A stretch of 64,000 bases of DNA from an uncultured bacterium (GTDB lineage: Bacteria; Chloroflexota; UBA5177; JANWHV01): NCBI GenBank assembly GCA_963827235.1, contig CAWHAE010000016.1:512001-576000 (forward strand), written 5' to 3'. Positions within the stretch are counted from its first letter, which is position 1; each line of letters opens with the position of its first letter. Below, one piece after another: positions 44,035 to 54,042 of this stretch. Below the pieces are notes generated by a model. The model saw nothing but the letters and a program-made list of their open reading frames with translations, was not told the origin of the DNA and ran no database searches. The translations under genes were made by a program, and so were the position numbers.

Positions 44035-44400
44035 ATGGCCTGCGCACATTTTCACCTTGGCACAGACGATCCCGTGTCCGGTATCACGCGGGGCCTCTGC
44101 CAGTGCGACAAGTACAACAACAATCCGCTGCGGCCGATTCCGCCGGGAGGCGAAGCGTACTGCCAGATGGAGGGCGCCAGCGGAGTGAACTGCTGGCTCG
44201 ACCTGCGCGCCTGCCGCAAGGCGCAGATAGCCAAACGCTTCTATGCCTACACGATTGGCGACCCATACGCGACCGGCCTTCCACAGATCGCCGAGGTCGA
44301 CAAGGACCGCTTCGGCAGGTCGTTTGTCTGCCTCAAGCAGGGGGGAGCATGGCTCCACGAGGGCGACCATGAGTTTCCCATGTCGATTGTCAAATCGTAG
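44035..44400 (+). CDS. hypothetical Cys-rich protein
   Basis: GAAGGGA RBS, 121 aa, 7 Cys, C/G-ending codons; no family recognised. Confidence 0.65.
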   Translation: MACAHFHLGTDDPVSGITRGLCQCDKYNNNPLRPIPPGGEAYCQMEGASGVNCWLDLRACRKAQIAKRFYAYTIGDPYATGLPQIAEVDKDRFGRSFVCLKQGGAWLHEGDHEFPMSIVKS

Positions 44401-44413
44401 CTGCTTCAAGAGC

Positions 44414-44443
44414 TTGACGCGTGCGGAGGCGGGCCCCTATACT
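44414..44443 (+). promoter_or_regulatory. promoter of the tRNA-tuf operon
   Basis: TTGACG-18nt-TATACT. Confidence 0.6.
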
Positions 44444-44487
44444 TGTGTGCGCAAGGCAAAGGACCGGCATGTGTTCTTGCGCCCAAC

Positions 44488-44560
44488 GCCGACGTAGCTC
44501 AATTGGCAGAGCAACGGTTTTGTAAACCGTGGGTTGCGGGTTCGAGTCCCATCGTCGGCT
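44488..44560 (+). tRNA. tRNA-Thr(TGT)
   Basis: GCCGACG/CGTCGGC acceptor, anticodon loop TTTGTAA, GGTTCGAGTCC. Confidence 0.96.
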
Positions 44561-44605
44561 CCGAGCGTGCGCGTTCCGGGCCAGGAACGCAGTCGTTCAT
44601 ATCGC

Positions 44606-44688
44606 GGGCAGATACCCAAGTGGCCAACGGGGGCTGACTGTAAATCAGCTGGCAGACGCCTTCGGGAGTTCGAATCTCTCTCTGCCCA
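44606..44688 (+). tRNA. tRNA-Tyr(GTA)
   Basis: GGGCAGA/TCTGCCC acceptor, CTGTAAA loop, long variable arm. Confidence 0.96.
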
Positions 44689-44725
44689 CTCTGCGCCGGT
44701 CGGCGGCGCAGGACAACTGTAGAGC

Positions 44726-44797
44726 GCCCTAGTAGCTCAGTGGTAGAGCGCGCCCTTGGTAAGGGCGAGGTCGTGGGTCCGATTCCCACCTGGGGCT
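44726..44797 (+). tRNA. tRNA-Thr(GGT)
   Basis: GCCCTAG/CTGGGGC acceptor, TTGGTAA loop; T-loop reads TCCGATT. Confidence 0.93.
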
Positions 44798-44934
44798 CAT
44801 CAGACTCGGTCCGCTATTCGCGGTGAGCGGCGGCCCACCACAGACTGGGGCGGCGGCTCACCGCGATTCGTTGATCAACCGGACTCATTCGGAGTGCCAA
44901 CCGAGGGGCAGGGGGAAGGGGTAATTCGTTTACA

Positions 44935-46140
<1,206 letters not shown>

Positions 46141-46216
46141 GAGGCTTTGACCGCCGCGTAACGGAGACGGGCTGGCGCCCTGGCCGAGCGTGGCGGTTAT
46201 CTCCCAGGAGAGTACA

Positions 46217-46387
46217 ATGGCAAGCGCCAAGAAAGAGAACAGGATCTTCGTCGTTCTGGCCTGCACCGAGTGCAAGCGGCGGAACTACACTACAACTAAG
46301 AACCGCCGCAACGATCCTGACCGCATGGAGCTGAGCAAGTACTGCAGGTGGTGCAGGTGCCACCGTTCGCATCGGGAAACGAAATAG
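46217..46387 (+). CDS. rpmG: 50S ribosomal protein L33 (Zn-binding form)
   Basis: [22 protein letters not shown]. Confidence 0.95.
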   Translation: MASAKKENRIFVVLACTECKRRNYTTTKNRRNDPDRMELSKYCRWCRCHRSHRETK

Positions 46388-46618
46388 ATGGCAGGAACGA
46401 CCGTTAAGCCAGCGACCGGTACGCCGGCTACAGCACGCCGGGCCAGCCTGCTGCGCTACCTCCGCGAGTCGCGAAACGAGCTCCGCAAGGTCAGTTGGCC
46501 GACGCGCGAGCAGACGACGAACCTCACCGTTGTGGTGATGGTCGTCTGCGTGGCTCTCGCCTTCTTTATGTTCGGCTTTGATACGCTGTTCGCAAAGATC
46601 ATCACGTCGATAGACTAG
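46388..46618 (+). CDS. secE: preprotein translocase SecE
   Basis: ELRKVSWP motif plus one TM. Confidence 0.94.
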   Translation: MAGTTVKPATGTPATARRASLLRYLRESRNELRKVSWPTREQTTNLTVVVMVVCVALAFFMFGFDTLFAKIITSID

Positions 46619-46740
46619 ATTCTCGTATGCTGGGATCCGTGGCGTGTGTGTCTCAACGTCGTGGCGGGAGCATGCTGCGGCGGGCATGAGTCGAGGTCTG
46701 GTAGTTCAGGCGAAGCAATCGCAGGGGAGAAAGGGCTGTC

Positions 46741-47286
46741 GTGACGACCGAAGCAGCGGTTGACGCCCGGCAGTGGTACGTGATCCACACCTACGCGGGC
46801 TATGAGAACAAGGTCAAGCAGAATCTCTTGCACCGCATCCAGTCCATGGGGGTGGAGGACCGCATTTTCCGCGTCGAGATTCCGGTCGAGGATGAGATCG
46901 AGATCAAGAACGGAAAGCGCAACACGGTGCAGCGTAAGCTGTACCCGGGTTACGTACTGGTCGAAATGCTCATGGACGACTATTCATGGTCGGTGGTGAG
47001 GAACACGCCCGGTGTAACCGGCTTCGTGAGCTCCGGCACTAAGGCCGTGCCCCTGCAGGACAATGAGGTCAAGCAGATTCTCAAGCAGATGGGTGAAGAA
47101 GCGCCGAAGGTCAAGGCGACCTTCACCAAGGGTCAGAGCGTCAAGATTATCGATGGACCGTTCCTCGAGTTCATCGGCGTCATCGACGAAGTGAGTCCCG
47201 ATCGCAACAAGCTCAAGGTGTTGGTCAGCATGTTCGGCCGAGAGACGCCGGTCGAGTTGGATTTCCTGCAAGTCGAGAAGCTGTAG
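46741..47286 (+). CDS. nusG: transcription termination/antitermination factor NusG
   Basis: WYVIHTYAGYE, PGYVLVEM, TPGVTGFV, MFGRETPVEL. Confidence 0.98.
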   Translation: MTTEAAVDARQWYVIHTYAGYENKVKQNLLHRIQSMGVEDRIFRVEIPVEDEIEIKNGKRNTVQRKLYPGYVLVEMLMDDYSWSVVRNTPGVTGFVSSGTKAVPLQDNEVKQILKQMGEEAPKVKATFTKGQSVKIIDGPFLEFIGVIDEVSPDRNKLKVLVSMFGRETPVELDFLQVEKL

Positions 47287-47344
47287 TAGAGGAGGATTGG
47301 GACGGCGAGTCCGGTGCAATACCGGGTCGCGTCGGCCGTAAGCC

Positions 47345-47770
47345 ATGGCAAAACGTGTACGCGCAATTGTGAAACTGCAACTCCCGGCCGGCAAAGCGAC
47401 CCCGGCGCCGCCTGTCGGTCCGGCGCTCGGTCAGCACGGCGTCAACATCATGGGCTTCGTCAAGGAGTACAACGAGCGGACGGCCTCCAAAGCCGGCAGC
47501 ATAGTGCCGGTCGAGATCACGGTCTTCGAAGACCGCTCGTTTACTTTCGTCACCAAGACGCCGCCGGCCTCCGAGCTCTTGAAGAAGGCCGCCGGTATCA
47601 CGTCGGGCGCCAAGAACCCACTCAAAGATCGCGCAGGATCGATTTCCCGCGAGAAGCTGCGTGAGATCGCCGAGACGAAAATGCCCGACCTGAACGCCAA
47701 CGACGTGGAGATGGCGATGCGCACCATCGCGGGCACGGCTCGCAGCATGGGCATAAAGGTCACAGAGTAG
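47345..47770 (+). CDS. rplK: 50S ribosomal protein L11
   Basis: [30 protein letters not shown]. Confidence 0.98.
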   Translation: MAKRVRAIVKLQLPAGKATPAPPVGPALGQHGVNIMGFVKEYNERTASKAGSIVPVEITVFEDRSFTFVTKTPPASELLKKAAGITSGAKNPLKDRAGSISREKLREIAETKMPDLNANDVEMAMRTIAGTARSMGIKVTE

Positions 47771-47802
47771 AGTCGCTGGCCTGCGCCGGCAGGCCCTATA
47801 GC

Positions 47803-47836
47803 GTGGGAGGACCGCCTGCGGTCCGATAGCTACCAC
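47803..47836 (+). promoter_or_regulatory. L1-binding translational operator
   Basis: GTGGGAGG...hairpin...ACCAC just before the rplA RBS. Confidence 0.7.
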
Positions 47837-47849
47837 AGGAGTAACGCAC

Positions 47850-48557
47850 ATGCCGAAGCACGGTAAGAACTACGTCGCTGCCGCCAAGCTCGTCGATCCA
47901 GTCAGGCTCTATGAGCCGGCAGAAGCCGTCACGCTCCTCAAGCGGACGTCATTCGTAAAGTTCGACGCCACGATCGAGCTGCATTTCAGGCTCGGCGTCG
48001 ACCCCCGCCACGCCGATCAGATGGTACGCGGCACCGCCGTACTGCCGAACGGTACCGGCAAAGTGGTCCGCATCCTCGTGTTCGCCCAGGGCGACAAAGC
48101 TCGCGAGGCAGAGCAGGCAGGAGCGGACTTCGTGGGCGCAGCCGACCTCGTGAAACAGATCACCGACGGCTGGATCGGCTTCGATGTGGCCATCGCCACC
48201 CCGGACATGATGCAGTCGGTCGGCCGGCTCGGTAAGATCCTGGGCCGTCGTGGCTTGATGCCGAACCCCAAGGCGGGCACGGTCACCTTCGATATCGAGC
48301 GCACCATTCGAGAAGTGCGCAGCGGGCGCGTCGAGTTCCGCGTCGACCGATCGGCTCTCGTGCACGTGCCGGTCGGCAAGCTGTCCTTCGAGGAGCCGGC
48401 CATCCTGTCCAACGTCGCGGCGATGATCGACGCGCTGGTCGCAGCCAAGCCCAGCGGAGCCAAGGGCCAGTACATCAGGACGATCACGCTGACGTCCACC
48501 ATGGGCCCCGGCATCCATCTGGATTTGAGCGCCTCTCAGTCGCTCAAGGCCGGCTGA
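47850..48557 (+). CDS. rplA: 50S ribosomal protein L1
   Basis: [31 protein letters not shown]. Confidence 0.98.
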   Translation: MPKHGKNYVAAAKLVDPVRLYEPAEAVTLLKRTSFVKFDATIELHFRLGVDPRHADQMVRGTAVLPNGTGKVVRILVFAQGDKAREAEQAGADFVGAADLVKQITDGWIGFDVAIATPDMMQSVGRLGKILGRRGLMPNPKAGTVTFDIERTIREVRSGRVEFRVDRSALVHVPVGKLSFEEPAILSNVAAMIDALVAAKPSGAKGQYIRTITLTSTMGPGIHLDLSASQSLKAG

Positions 48558-48590
48558 CCCTCGATACTACGTCAGCGGCCCAACTACCAC

Positions 48591-48629
48591 AGGGGTAGCG
48601 GTGAGGCACACCACCGCTACCCCTCTTTT
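48591..48629 (+). terminator. rho-independent terminator after rplA
   Basis: AGGGGTAGCGGTG..CACCGCTACCCCT followed by CTTTT. Confidence 0.8.
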
Positions 48630-48749
48630 GTGAGTCGATAGTGCTCCTCTGAGTCGCGTACTGCCCCCTACCGCTGCCCGGCGTGGCGTCCATCGTCGCG
48701 AGACGTCTGAGAGCCGCATCGCAATCTCCAAGTGTTCGTCCGGGCCAAG

Positions 48750-48778
48750 TTGACGTTCCCGCGCAGCGCCGTTACCAT
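48750..48778 (+). promoter_or_regulatory. promoter of rplJL
   Basis: TTGACG-17nt-TACCAT. Confidence 0.55.
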
Positions 48779-48805
48779 GAAGCCTGGCATTCACGCCAGC
48801 ACACT

Positions 48806-48945
48806 CGCTGTAGACCGCGGGCGCGCCGATGTGGCGCTCAAACCACCAGCCTGCCGAGGCGACGGACGTGCCGGGCAACGCCTTGTGGCGCTTGTCTCCT
48901 CGTCCCTCATACTCGACCTCAGCGATACGCTGGGGTCATTTTTTG
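48806..48945 (+). ncRNA. L10 leader with attenuator
   Basis: GTAGACCGCGGG...CCTGCCGAGG signature, then GACCTCAGCG/CGCTGGGGTC hairpin and ATTTTTT before rplJ. Confidence 0.75.
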
Positions 48946-48981
48946 TGCCTTACGATCTCGAGGGAAAGGAGGATTGAGAGC

Positions 48982-49512
48982 GTGCCGACAGCGAAGAAGA
49001 TAAGCGAAGTCGCCGAGCTAACCAGCCGATTCCAACGCGCGAACGCCGCCGTACTGCTGCATTACCGAGAGCTCAAAGTGAGCGAGCTTTCCGACCTGCG
49101 GCGGAAGCTTCGACCGAGCAATATCGAAGTCAGGATCTCGAAGAATACCCTGCTGCGCATCGCCACGAAGAACGCCGGCAAGCAGGGGCTCGACGAGCTC
49201 CTCACCGGTCCCACGGCCGTCGCCTTCATCTACGGCAGCGAGCCGCAAGGTGCCAAGGCGGTCAGCGATGCCGTGCGGGCCCTACGCAAGGACAACGTCA
49301 AGGTCACGGGAGGCGTGCTTGGCGACTCCGGTCTCGACGCGGCCAGTGTCGAGCGGCTGACCACCATGAAGCCGCGCGAGGAACAAATCGCCACCCTGCT
49401 TGGAGCCCTCCAGGCATCGGCCGGCCAGCTTGCCGCCACCCTGAACGGCGGCATTCAGAATCTGCTCTATGCCCTAGCCGCGTACGAAGACAAGCTCAAA
49501 GAACAGCAGTAA
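48982..49512 (+). CDS. rplJ: 50S ribosomal protein L10
   Basis: GTG start after AGGAGG; LRRKLR, KNTLLRIA, LTGPTA. Confidence 0.96.
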   Translation: MPTAKKISEVAELTSRFQRANAAVLLHYRELKVSELSDLRRKLRPSNIEVRISKNTLLRIATKNAGKQGLDELLTGPTAVAFIYGSEPQGAKAVSDAVRALRKDNVKVTGGVLGDSGLDAASVERLTTMKPREEQIATLLGALQASAGQLAATLNGGIQNLLYALAAYEDKLKEQQ

Positions 49513-49539
49513 TCAGCCAACAAGAAAGGGGTCATACCA

Positions 49540-49947
49540 ATGGCCAAGATGACCACGCCGGAACTGGTCGACGCCATCGCCGGCCTTACCCTTCTGGAAG
49601 TATCCGAGCTCGTGAAGGCGATCGAGGATAAGTTCGGCGTCAAGGCGGCCGCGCCCGTTGCCGCCTACGGTGCCGCGCCGGCTGCAGCCGCGCCCACCGC
49701 CGCTGCCGAGCCCGAGGCCGAACCCACCGAGTTCACCGCAAATCTCACCGTCGTAGGCCCGAACAAGATCAACGTGATCAAGGCCGTCCGCGAGCTGGTG
49801 CCGAGCCTCGGCCTCAAGGAGGCTAAGGACCTGGTCGACAACGCTCCGAAGCCGATCAAGGAGAACGTGAGCAAGGACGAGGCGGAAGCCGTGAAGACCA
49901 AGCTGACCGAGGTGGGCGCCACGGTCACCATAGTCGCCGTAGCATAG
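49540..49947 (+). CDS. rplL: 50S ribosomal protein L7/L12
   Basis: [29 protein letters not shown]. Confidence 0.98.
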   Translation: MAKMTTPELVDAIAGLTLLEVSELVKAIEDKFGVKAAAPVAAYGAAPAAAAPTAAAEPEAEPTEFTANLTVVGPNKINVIKAVRELVPSLGLKEAKDLVDNAPKPIKENVSKDEAEAVKTKLTEVGATVTIVAVA

Positions 49948-49980
49948 GCGGAGCTGATAGGGCCCCAGATGGCCGCTACT

Positions 49981-50023
49981 GGGAGGGAGGCCGGGCGTCG
50001 TCGTGACGCCCGGCCTCCCTCCC
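49981..50023 (+). terminator. 19-bp stem-loop after rplL
   Basis: GGGAGGGAGGCCGGGCGTC-GTCGT-GACGCCCGGCCTCCCTCCC. Confidence 0.7.
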
Positions 50024-50081
50024 TCAGTTCATAGGATATGCTGGAAGACACATGCCAGATGCGAACAGGAGCGGGAGTAGT

Positions 50082-51197
50082 ATGTCCACGGAGATCCCGG
50101 CCGGCCGCACCGCCGTCGAGCTGGCGCGCCCGGCCGTCCTGGCCATCGAGCCGTATGTCTGGGAGATGTCAAATCAGGAGATAGCCGCGCGCTACGGTGT
50201 CGACGCCGCGCGGGTGGTGCGCTTCGATACCAATACGTCGCCGCTGCCGCCGCCCTCGCTTCCGCGTGCGCTGCGCGAGATCGAGGCCGCGCCGGCGGTC
50301 AATGAGTACTACGATAGCACGTACGCCGCGCTCACGACCGCGATCGGAGAGTACGCCGGTCTGCCGCGCGAACACCTCGTGGTGGGGGCGGGCGCAGACG
50401 AAATACTCGACATCATCAGCAAGACCTTCGTCGACCCCGGCGATATCGTGGTGCTTCCGCAGCCGACCTACGCCATGTACAGAATCGCCGTGCAGGCCAT
50501 GGACGCGAGCGTGCGCGTCGTGCCCATGAACGCGGACTTCACCTTCGACGTGGAGGCGATCATCTCGAGCTGCGAGGGCGCCAAGCTGGTTTTCCTGTGC
50601 AATCCGAACAATCCCACAGGAATTGCACTGCCGGCCGGTCAGGTCGAGCGCATTGCCAGCCGGGTGGATTGTATTCTGGTCGTCGATGAGGCGTACGCGG
50701 AGTACTCGGGGGAGTGTGCGCTACCCATGCTGCAGCGCTACCCGCGCATGATCGTGGTGCGCACCCTGTCCAAGGCGTTTAGCCTTGCGGGAGCGCGCGT
50801 GGGCTACGCCGCTTGCGCGCCCGAAGCGGTCGACCTGCTGAACCGGGTAAGACCGCCACAGAGTGTCAGCTACATGAGCGTCGTCCTGGCCGAGAAGGCG
50901 GTGCGCGACACGAGCGCCATGCGAGCGAATGTGGAGCAGTTGCTTCAGGAGCGCGTATGGCTCGCCACGGCGCTGAACGAGATCGGCCTGAGTGTTTACC
51001 CGTCCTGCGCCAATTTCGTGCTTGCACGGGCATCCTCGGCGCAAATCGTGGCCCGCATGCATGCGGCCTGCTTGCAGGCGGGGCTGGTTATGCGCACGTT
51101 CGCCGCCGGCTCGCCGCTGGAGAGCTGCGTCCGCGTGACGGCACGCGTTCGAGATGACAACGAGCGACTGGTCGAGACGCTGCGGGCCGCCCTGTAG
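50082..51197 (+). CDS. hisC: histidinol-phosphate aminotransferase
   Basis: GAGADE, CNPNNPTG, VVDEAYAE, RTLSKAFSLAGARVGY. Confidence 0.9.
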   Translation: MSTEIPAGRTAVELARPAVLAIEPYVWEMSNQEIAARYGVDAARVVRFDTNTSPLPPPSLPRALREIEAAPAVNEYYDSTYAALTTAIGEYAGLPREHLVVGAGADEILDIISKTFVDPGDIVVLPQPTYAMYRIAVQAMDASVRVVPMNADFTFDVEAIISSCEGAKLVFLCNPNNPTGIALPAGQVERIASRVDCILVVDEAYAEYSGECALPMLQRYPRMIVVRTLSKAFSLAGARVGYAACAPEAVDLLNRVRPPQSVSYMSVVLAEKAVRDTSAMRANVEQLLQERVWLATALNEIGLSVYPSCANFVLARASSAQIVARMHAACLQAGLVMRTFAAGSPLESCVRVTARVRDDNERLVETLRAAL

Positions 51198-51545
51198 CGG
51201 CTCGCAGGATAATCGCGAGCCGTGCCCGAGCCGTACCTCCTGCGAGAGGCGCGGTCCATGCGTCGGATCGCGCGGTGTAGGTACCGCGCACTATACCTAC
51301 CGACGACCAGTTTGCTCCGACAGTTCGAGCGCGAGCTGCCCGTGCCCAAGGAGCGTGTCGCCCACCAGCGCAGTCGCCGGCCGCTGCCGTGCCCGATCCA
51401 CGGTGGCGCCTCCCCTGTCGCAGGGTGCTACGAGGCTCCTGCGAACCGCAGCCGTCAAGCCAAGATCCGGGCATGACGATACCACGCGGTTCCGGGCTAC
51501 GACGCCTCCGCCCCGCGCTGGGCATAGCCGTCCGTGGACGGGCCG

Positions 51546-52814
51546 TCAGGGCGCGATGACTTCCATGCCAAGATAGGGCTGCAGGGCCTTCGGCACACGT
51601 ATGGATCCATCGGCCTGCTGGTGGTTCTCCAGCAGCGGCACCATAATGCGTGGCGAGGCGAGGGCTGTATTGTTCAGCGTGTGCACGTGGCGTACCCTGC
51701 CCGCGTCGTCGCGGTAGCGAAGATTGGCGCGCCGTGCCTGCCAATCGAACAGCGCCGAGTCGGAATGCGTCTCGCGGTATCGGTTCTCTGTCGGCACCCA
51801 GCACTCGATGTCGTAGCTCTTGACCTTGCCGTCACCCATATCTCCCGTGCAGACGAGCATCACGCGGTACGGCAGCTCGAGCGCCTGCACGATCTCTTCG
51901 GCATTGCGGAGCAATTGCTCGAGCCAATCCAGCGAGGTAGCCGGATCGTTCTCGCAAATGACGTACTGCTCGACCTTTGTGAATTGATGCACGCGAAAGA
52001 CGCCGCGCACGTCCCGCCCGAAACTCCCGGCTTCCCGTCGGAAGCAAGGCGAGAATGCGACCATCTTGATTGGGAGGTCTGCCTGGTTGAGAATCTCGCC
52101 GGCGTACATGCCGGTCATGCTCACCTCGGCGGTGCCCACCAGGAAGAGATCGTCCTTTGGCAGCTCGTAAATCTGTTCGCGGCCGCCCGGAAACTGCCCG
52201 GTGCCCACGAGCGGCGCCTCACGAGTGAGAGCAGGCACGACCAGCGGGGTAAAGCCCTTTGCCGTTACCTTGTCGAGGGCAAAACGAATCAGCGCGAATT
52301 CCAGCAGCGCCCCGGCGTTGCGCAGGATATAGCTGCGACTACCCGCTATACGAGCTCCGCGCGCCACATCCAGCATGTCCAGGCGCTCCATCAACGCGAC
52401 GTGATCCTTGGGCTCGAAGTCAAAGTGCGGCGGCTCGCCCCAGTGGCGGATGGCGACGTTCTCGTCCTCGCCGCTGCCTTCGGGCACAGACTCATCGGGA
52501 ATGTTCGGCACCCGAAGCATCAATGCCACCAGCCTGTCGTCCACCACCTTCAGCTCGTTCTCGCGGCGGGAGATCTCGTCGCCGAGCGCCCGGCCCTGCG
52601 CGATCAGCTCCTGCTTCGCCGCCGGGGTGCCTGCATCGCGCACGCTCTTCGAGACGCGATTCTGCTGCTCGCGCAGATCCTGAATGGCCTGCCGCTCCTT
52701 CATTACCTGGCGGTCCAGGTCCAGCAGCTCGTCGAGCGGCAGATCGCTCCGCTTCTTTCGAGCGGCTTCGCGCACTAGATCAGGGTTCTCACGAATAAAC
52801 TTCAGGTCGAGCAT
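51546..52814 (-). CDS. serS: serine--tRNA ligase
   Basis: MLDLKFIRENP, GTAEV, CFRREAGS, RVHQFTKVEQ, HTLNNT. Confidence 0.97.
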   Translation of the reverse strand: MLDLKFIRENPDLVREAARKKRSDLPLDELLDLDRQVMKERQAIQDLREQQNRVSKSVRDAGTPAAKQELIAQGRALGDEISRRENELKVVDDRLVALMLRVPNIPDESVPEGSGEDENVAIRHWGEPPHFDFEPKDHVALMERLDMLDVARGARIAGSRSYILRNAGALLEFALIRFALDKVTAKGFTPLVVPALTREAPLVGTGQFPGGREQIYELPKDDLFLVGTAEVSMTGMYAGEILNQADLPIKMVAFSPCFRREAGSFGRDVRGVFRVHQFTKVEQYVICENDPATSLDWLEQLLRNAEEIVQALELPYRVMLVCTGDMGDGKVKSYDIECWVPTENRYRETHSDSALFDWQARRANLRYRDDAGRVRHVHTLNNTALASPRIMVPLLENHQQADGSIRVPKALQPYLGMEVIAP

Positions 52815-53066
52815 GTCTCTCTCTTCCTGGTTCTTCCAGCGCGCCACGCCGGCGGGCGCGCTACTCGTCAACTCCTCTTGGTCCCGTCCGTCCAGTGCCG
52901 CCAGCGCCGCCCAACCGGCAGCGGCTTTCGGTGTGGTTAAGTATAGCGGAAGCTGCCGCCGCTCCCGCTATTTCGGGCGATACATCCTGTCAAGAGATGT
53001 GTCCCGATATCTCGGTATCTCGACCTCCTGCGATCCGAGCCCGGGCATTCGTGCCGCCGGCCGCTC

Positions 53067-53519
53067 TCAACTCTTGAAAAGCCGCCGAACGCGCATCTCG
53101 AAGCCGATACTCTGCCAGAACAGCAGGGCCGAGGGATTCTCTTCGAGCACTGAAGCCGTCCAGATCTCGATGCCCCGTCGCCTAAACCACTGTTCACCCA
53201 GAGCTACCAGGGCACGCCCCGCACCCCGGCGGCGGTGTTCGGCGCGCACGTACAGCTCCTCGAAGGTGCCCAATCGCAGTCCAGGGCGGTACCAGAGCAG
53301 CTCTACGCGCAGCATGGCAAAGCCGAACAAGCCGGCGTCGTCCTCGGCAAACAGCACCGCCAGCATGCCCGTGGCAGCTTCCTGCTGACACGCAACGTAG
53401 TAGAGATCGTCCCACGTCTGCGCCGGATCGCCGTGCGGATCGAAGTCCAGGAGGTATTCCGCCATGAGCAGTCGCAAGACCGGCAAGTCATCGGGAAAGA
53501 GCGCTTCTCTGAGTCTCAC
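53067..53519 (-). CDS. GNAT family acetyltransferase
   Basis: EELYVRAEHRRRGAGRAL, N..ALLFWQSIGF; start uncertain. Confidence 0.85.
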   Translation of the reverse strand: MRLREALFPDDLPVLRLLMAEYLLDFDPHGDPAQTWDDLYYVACQQEAATGMLAVLFAEDDAGLFGFAMLRVELLWYRPGLRLGTFEELYVRAEHRRRGAGRALVALGEQWFRRRGIEIWTASVLEENPSALLFWQSIGFEMRVRRLFKS

Positions 53520-53596
53520 AACGACTCTGAACCCTCGAATCTGCCGCTGCGCATCGACTTCGGTGCCGCCTGCGCCATGACCGTCTCGGCAACGAA

Positions 53597-53625
53597 TTGA
53601 CACGGCGCCGGGTCGTCTTTATAAT
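53597..53625 (+). promoter_or_regulatory. consensus sigma70 promoter of tRNA-Thr(CGT)
   Basis: TTGACA-17nt-TATAAT. Confidence 0.85.
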
Positions 53626-53659
53626 TCCTTGCGCGGGACAGTGTACCGCACGAACCCAA

Positions 53660-53732
53660 GCCGACGTAGCTCAGTTGGTAGAGCAGCTGTTTCGTAAACC
53701 GCAGGTCGTCGGTTCGAGTCCGACCGTCGGCT
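53660..53732 (+). tRNA. tRNA-Thr(CGT)
   Basis: GCCGACG/CGTCGGC acceptor, TTCGTAA loop, GGTTCGAGTCC; one U.C mismatch in the anticodon stem. Confidence 0.94.
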
Positions 53733-53739
53733 CGTCTAG

Positions 53740-53785
53740 GCGAGGCCGGAACAGCGTCTACACGCCATTCCGGCCTCGCTCATTT
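53740..53785 (+). terminator. stem-loop after tRNA-Thr
   Basis: GCGAGGCCGGAA...TTCCGGCCTCGC then TCATTT. Confidence 0.55.
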
Positions 53786-54042
53786 ACCGATTGCCTGCAC
53801 CCCGCTGGATCTGCTTCCGCGGTGCTCCCACGCCTATTCTGTGAGCGTGCCTCGCGTGATAACCGGATCTGCAAGCGAGAAGAGGCCGGCCCCGCGGGGG
53901 CCGTTCATCGATGGTGCCGCGGCAGCCCCTGCGCATTATTGTGTATGCTCCATGCTGGGTCCGCACAACGAGCGCAAGGCGTGCGGCGACCGCTTCTCGC
54001 CTGTTGGTCGCGGTTGACGACTCCCGCAGCGGAGATGAGGGC

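Noticed and set aside
51222-51476. 84-aa ORF after hisC
   Set aside because: Arg/Pro-rich, atypical composition, start lies within a hairpin; likely non-coding
52815-53066. T-box upstream of serS (and of proS at 23252-23480)
   Set aside because: No GGTGGNACC T-box consensus on the coding strand
53786-54042. Copy of the LacI operator upstream of cellobiose phosphorylase
   Set aside because: Only a GCTCCCA half-site near 53824; no dyad
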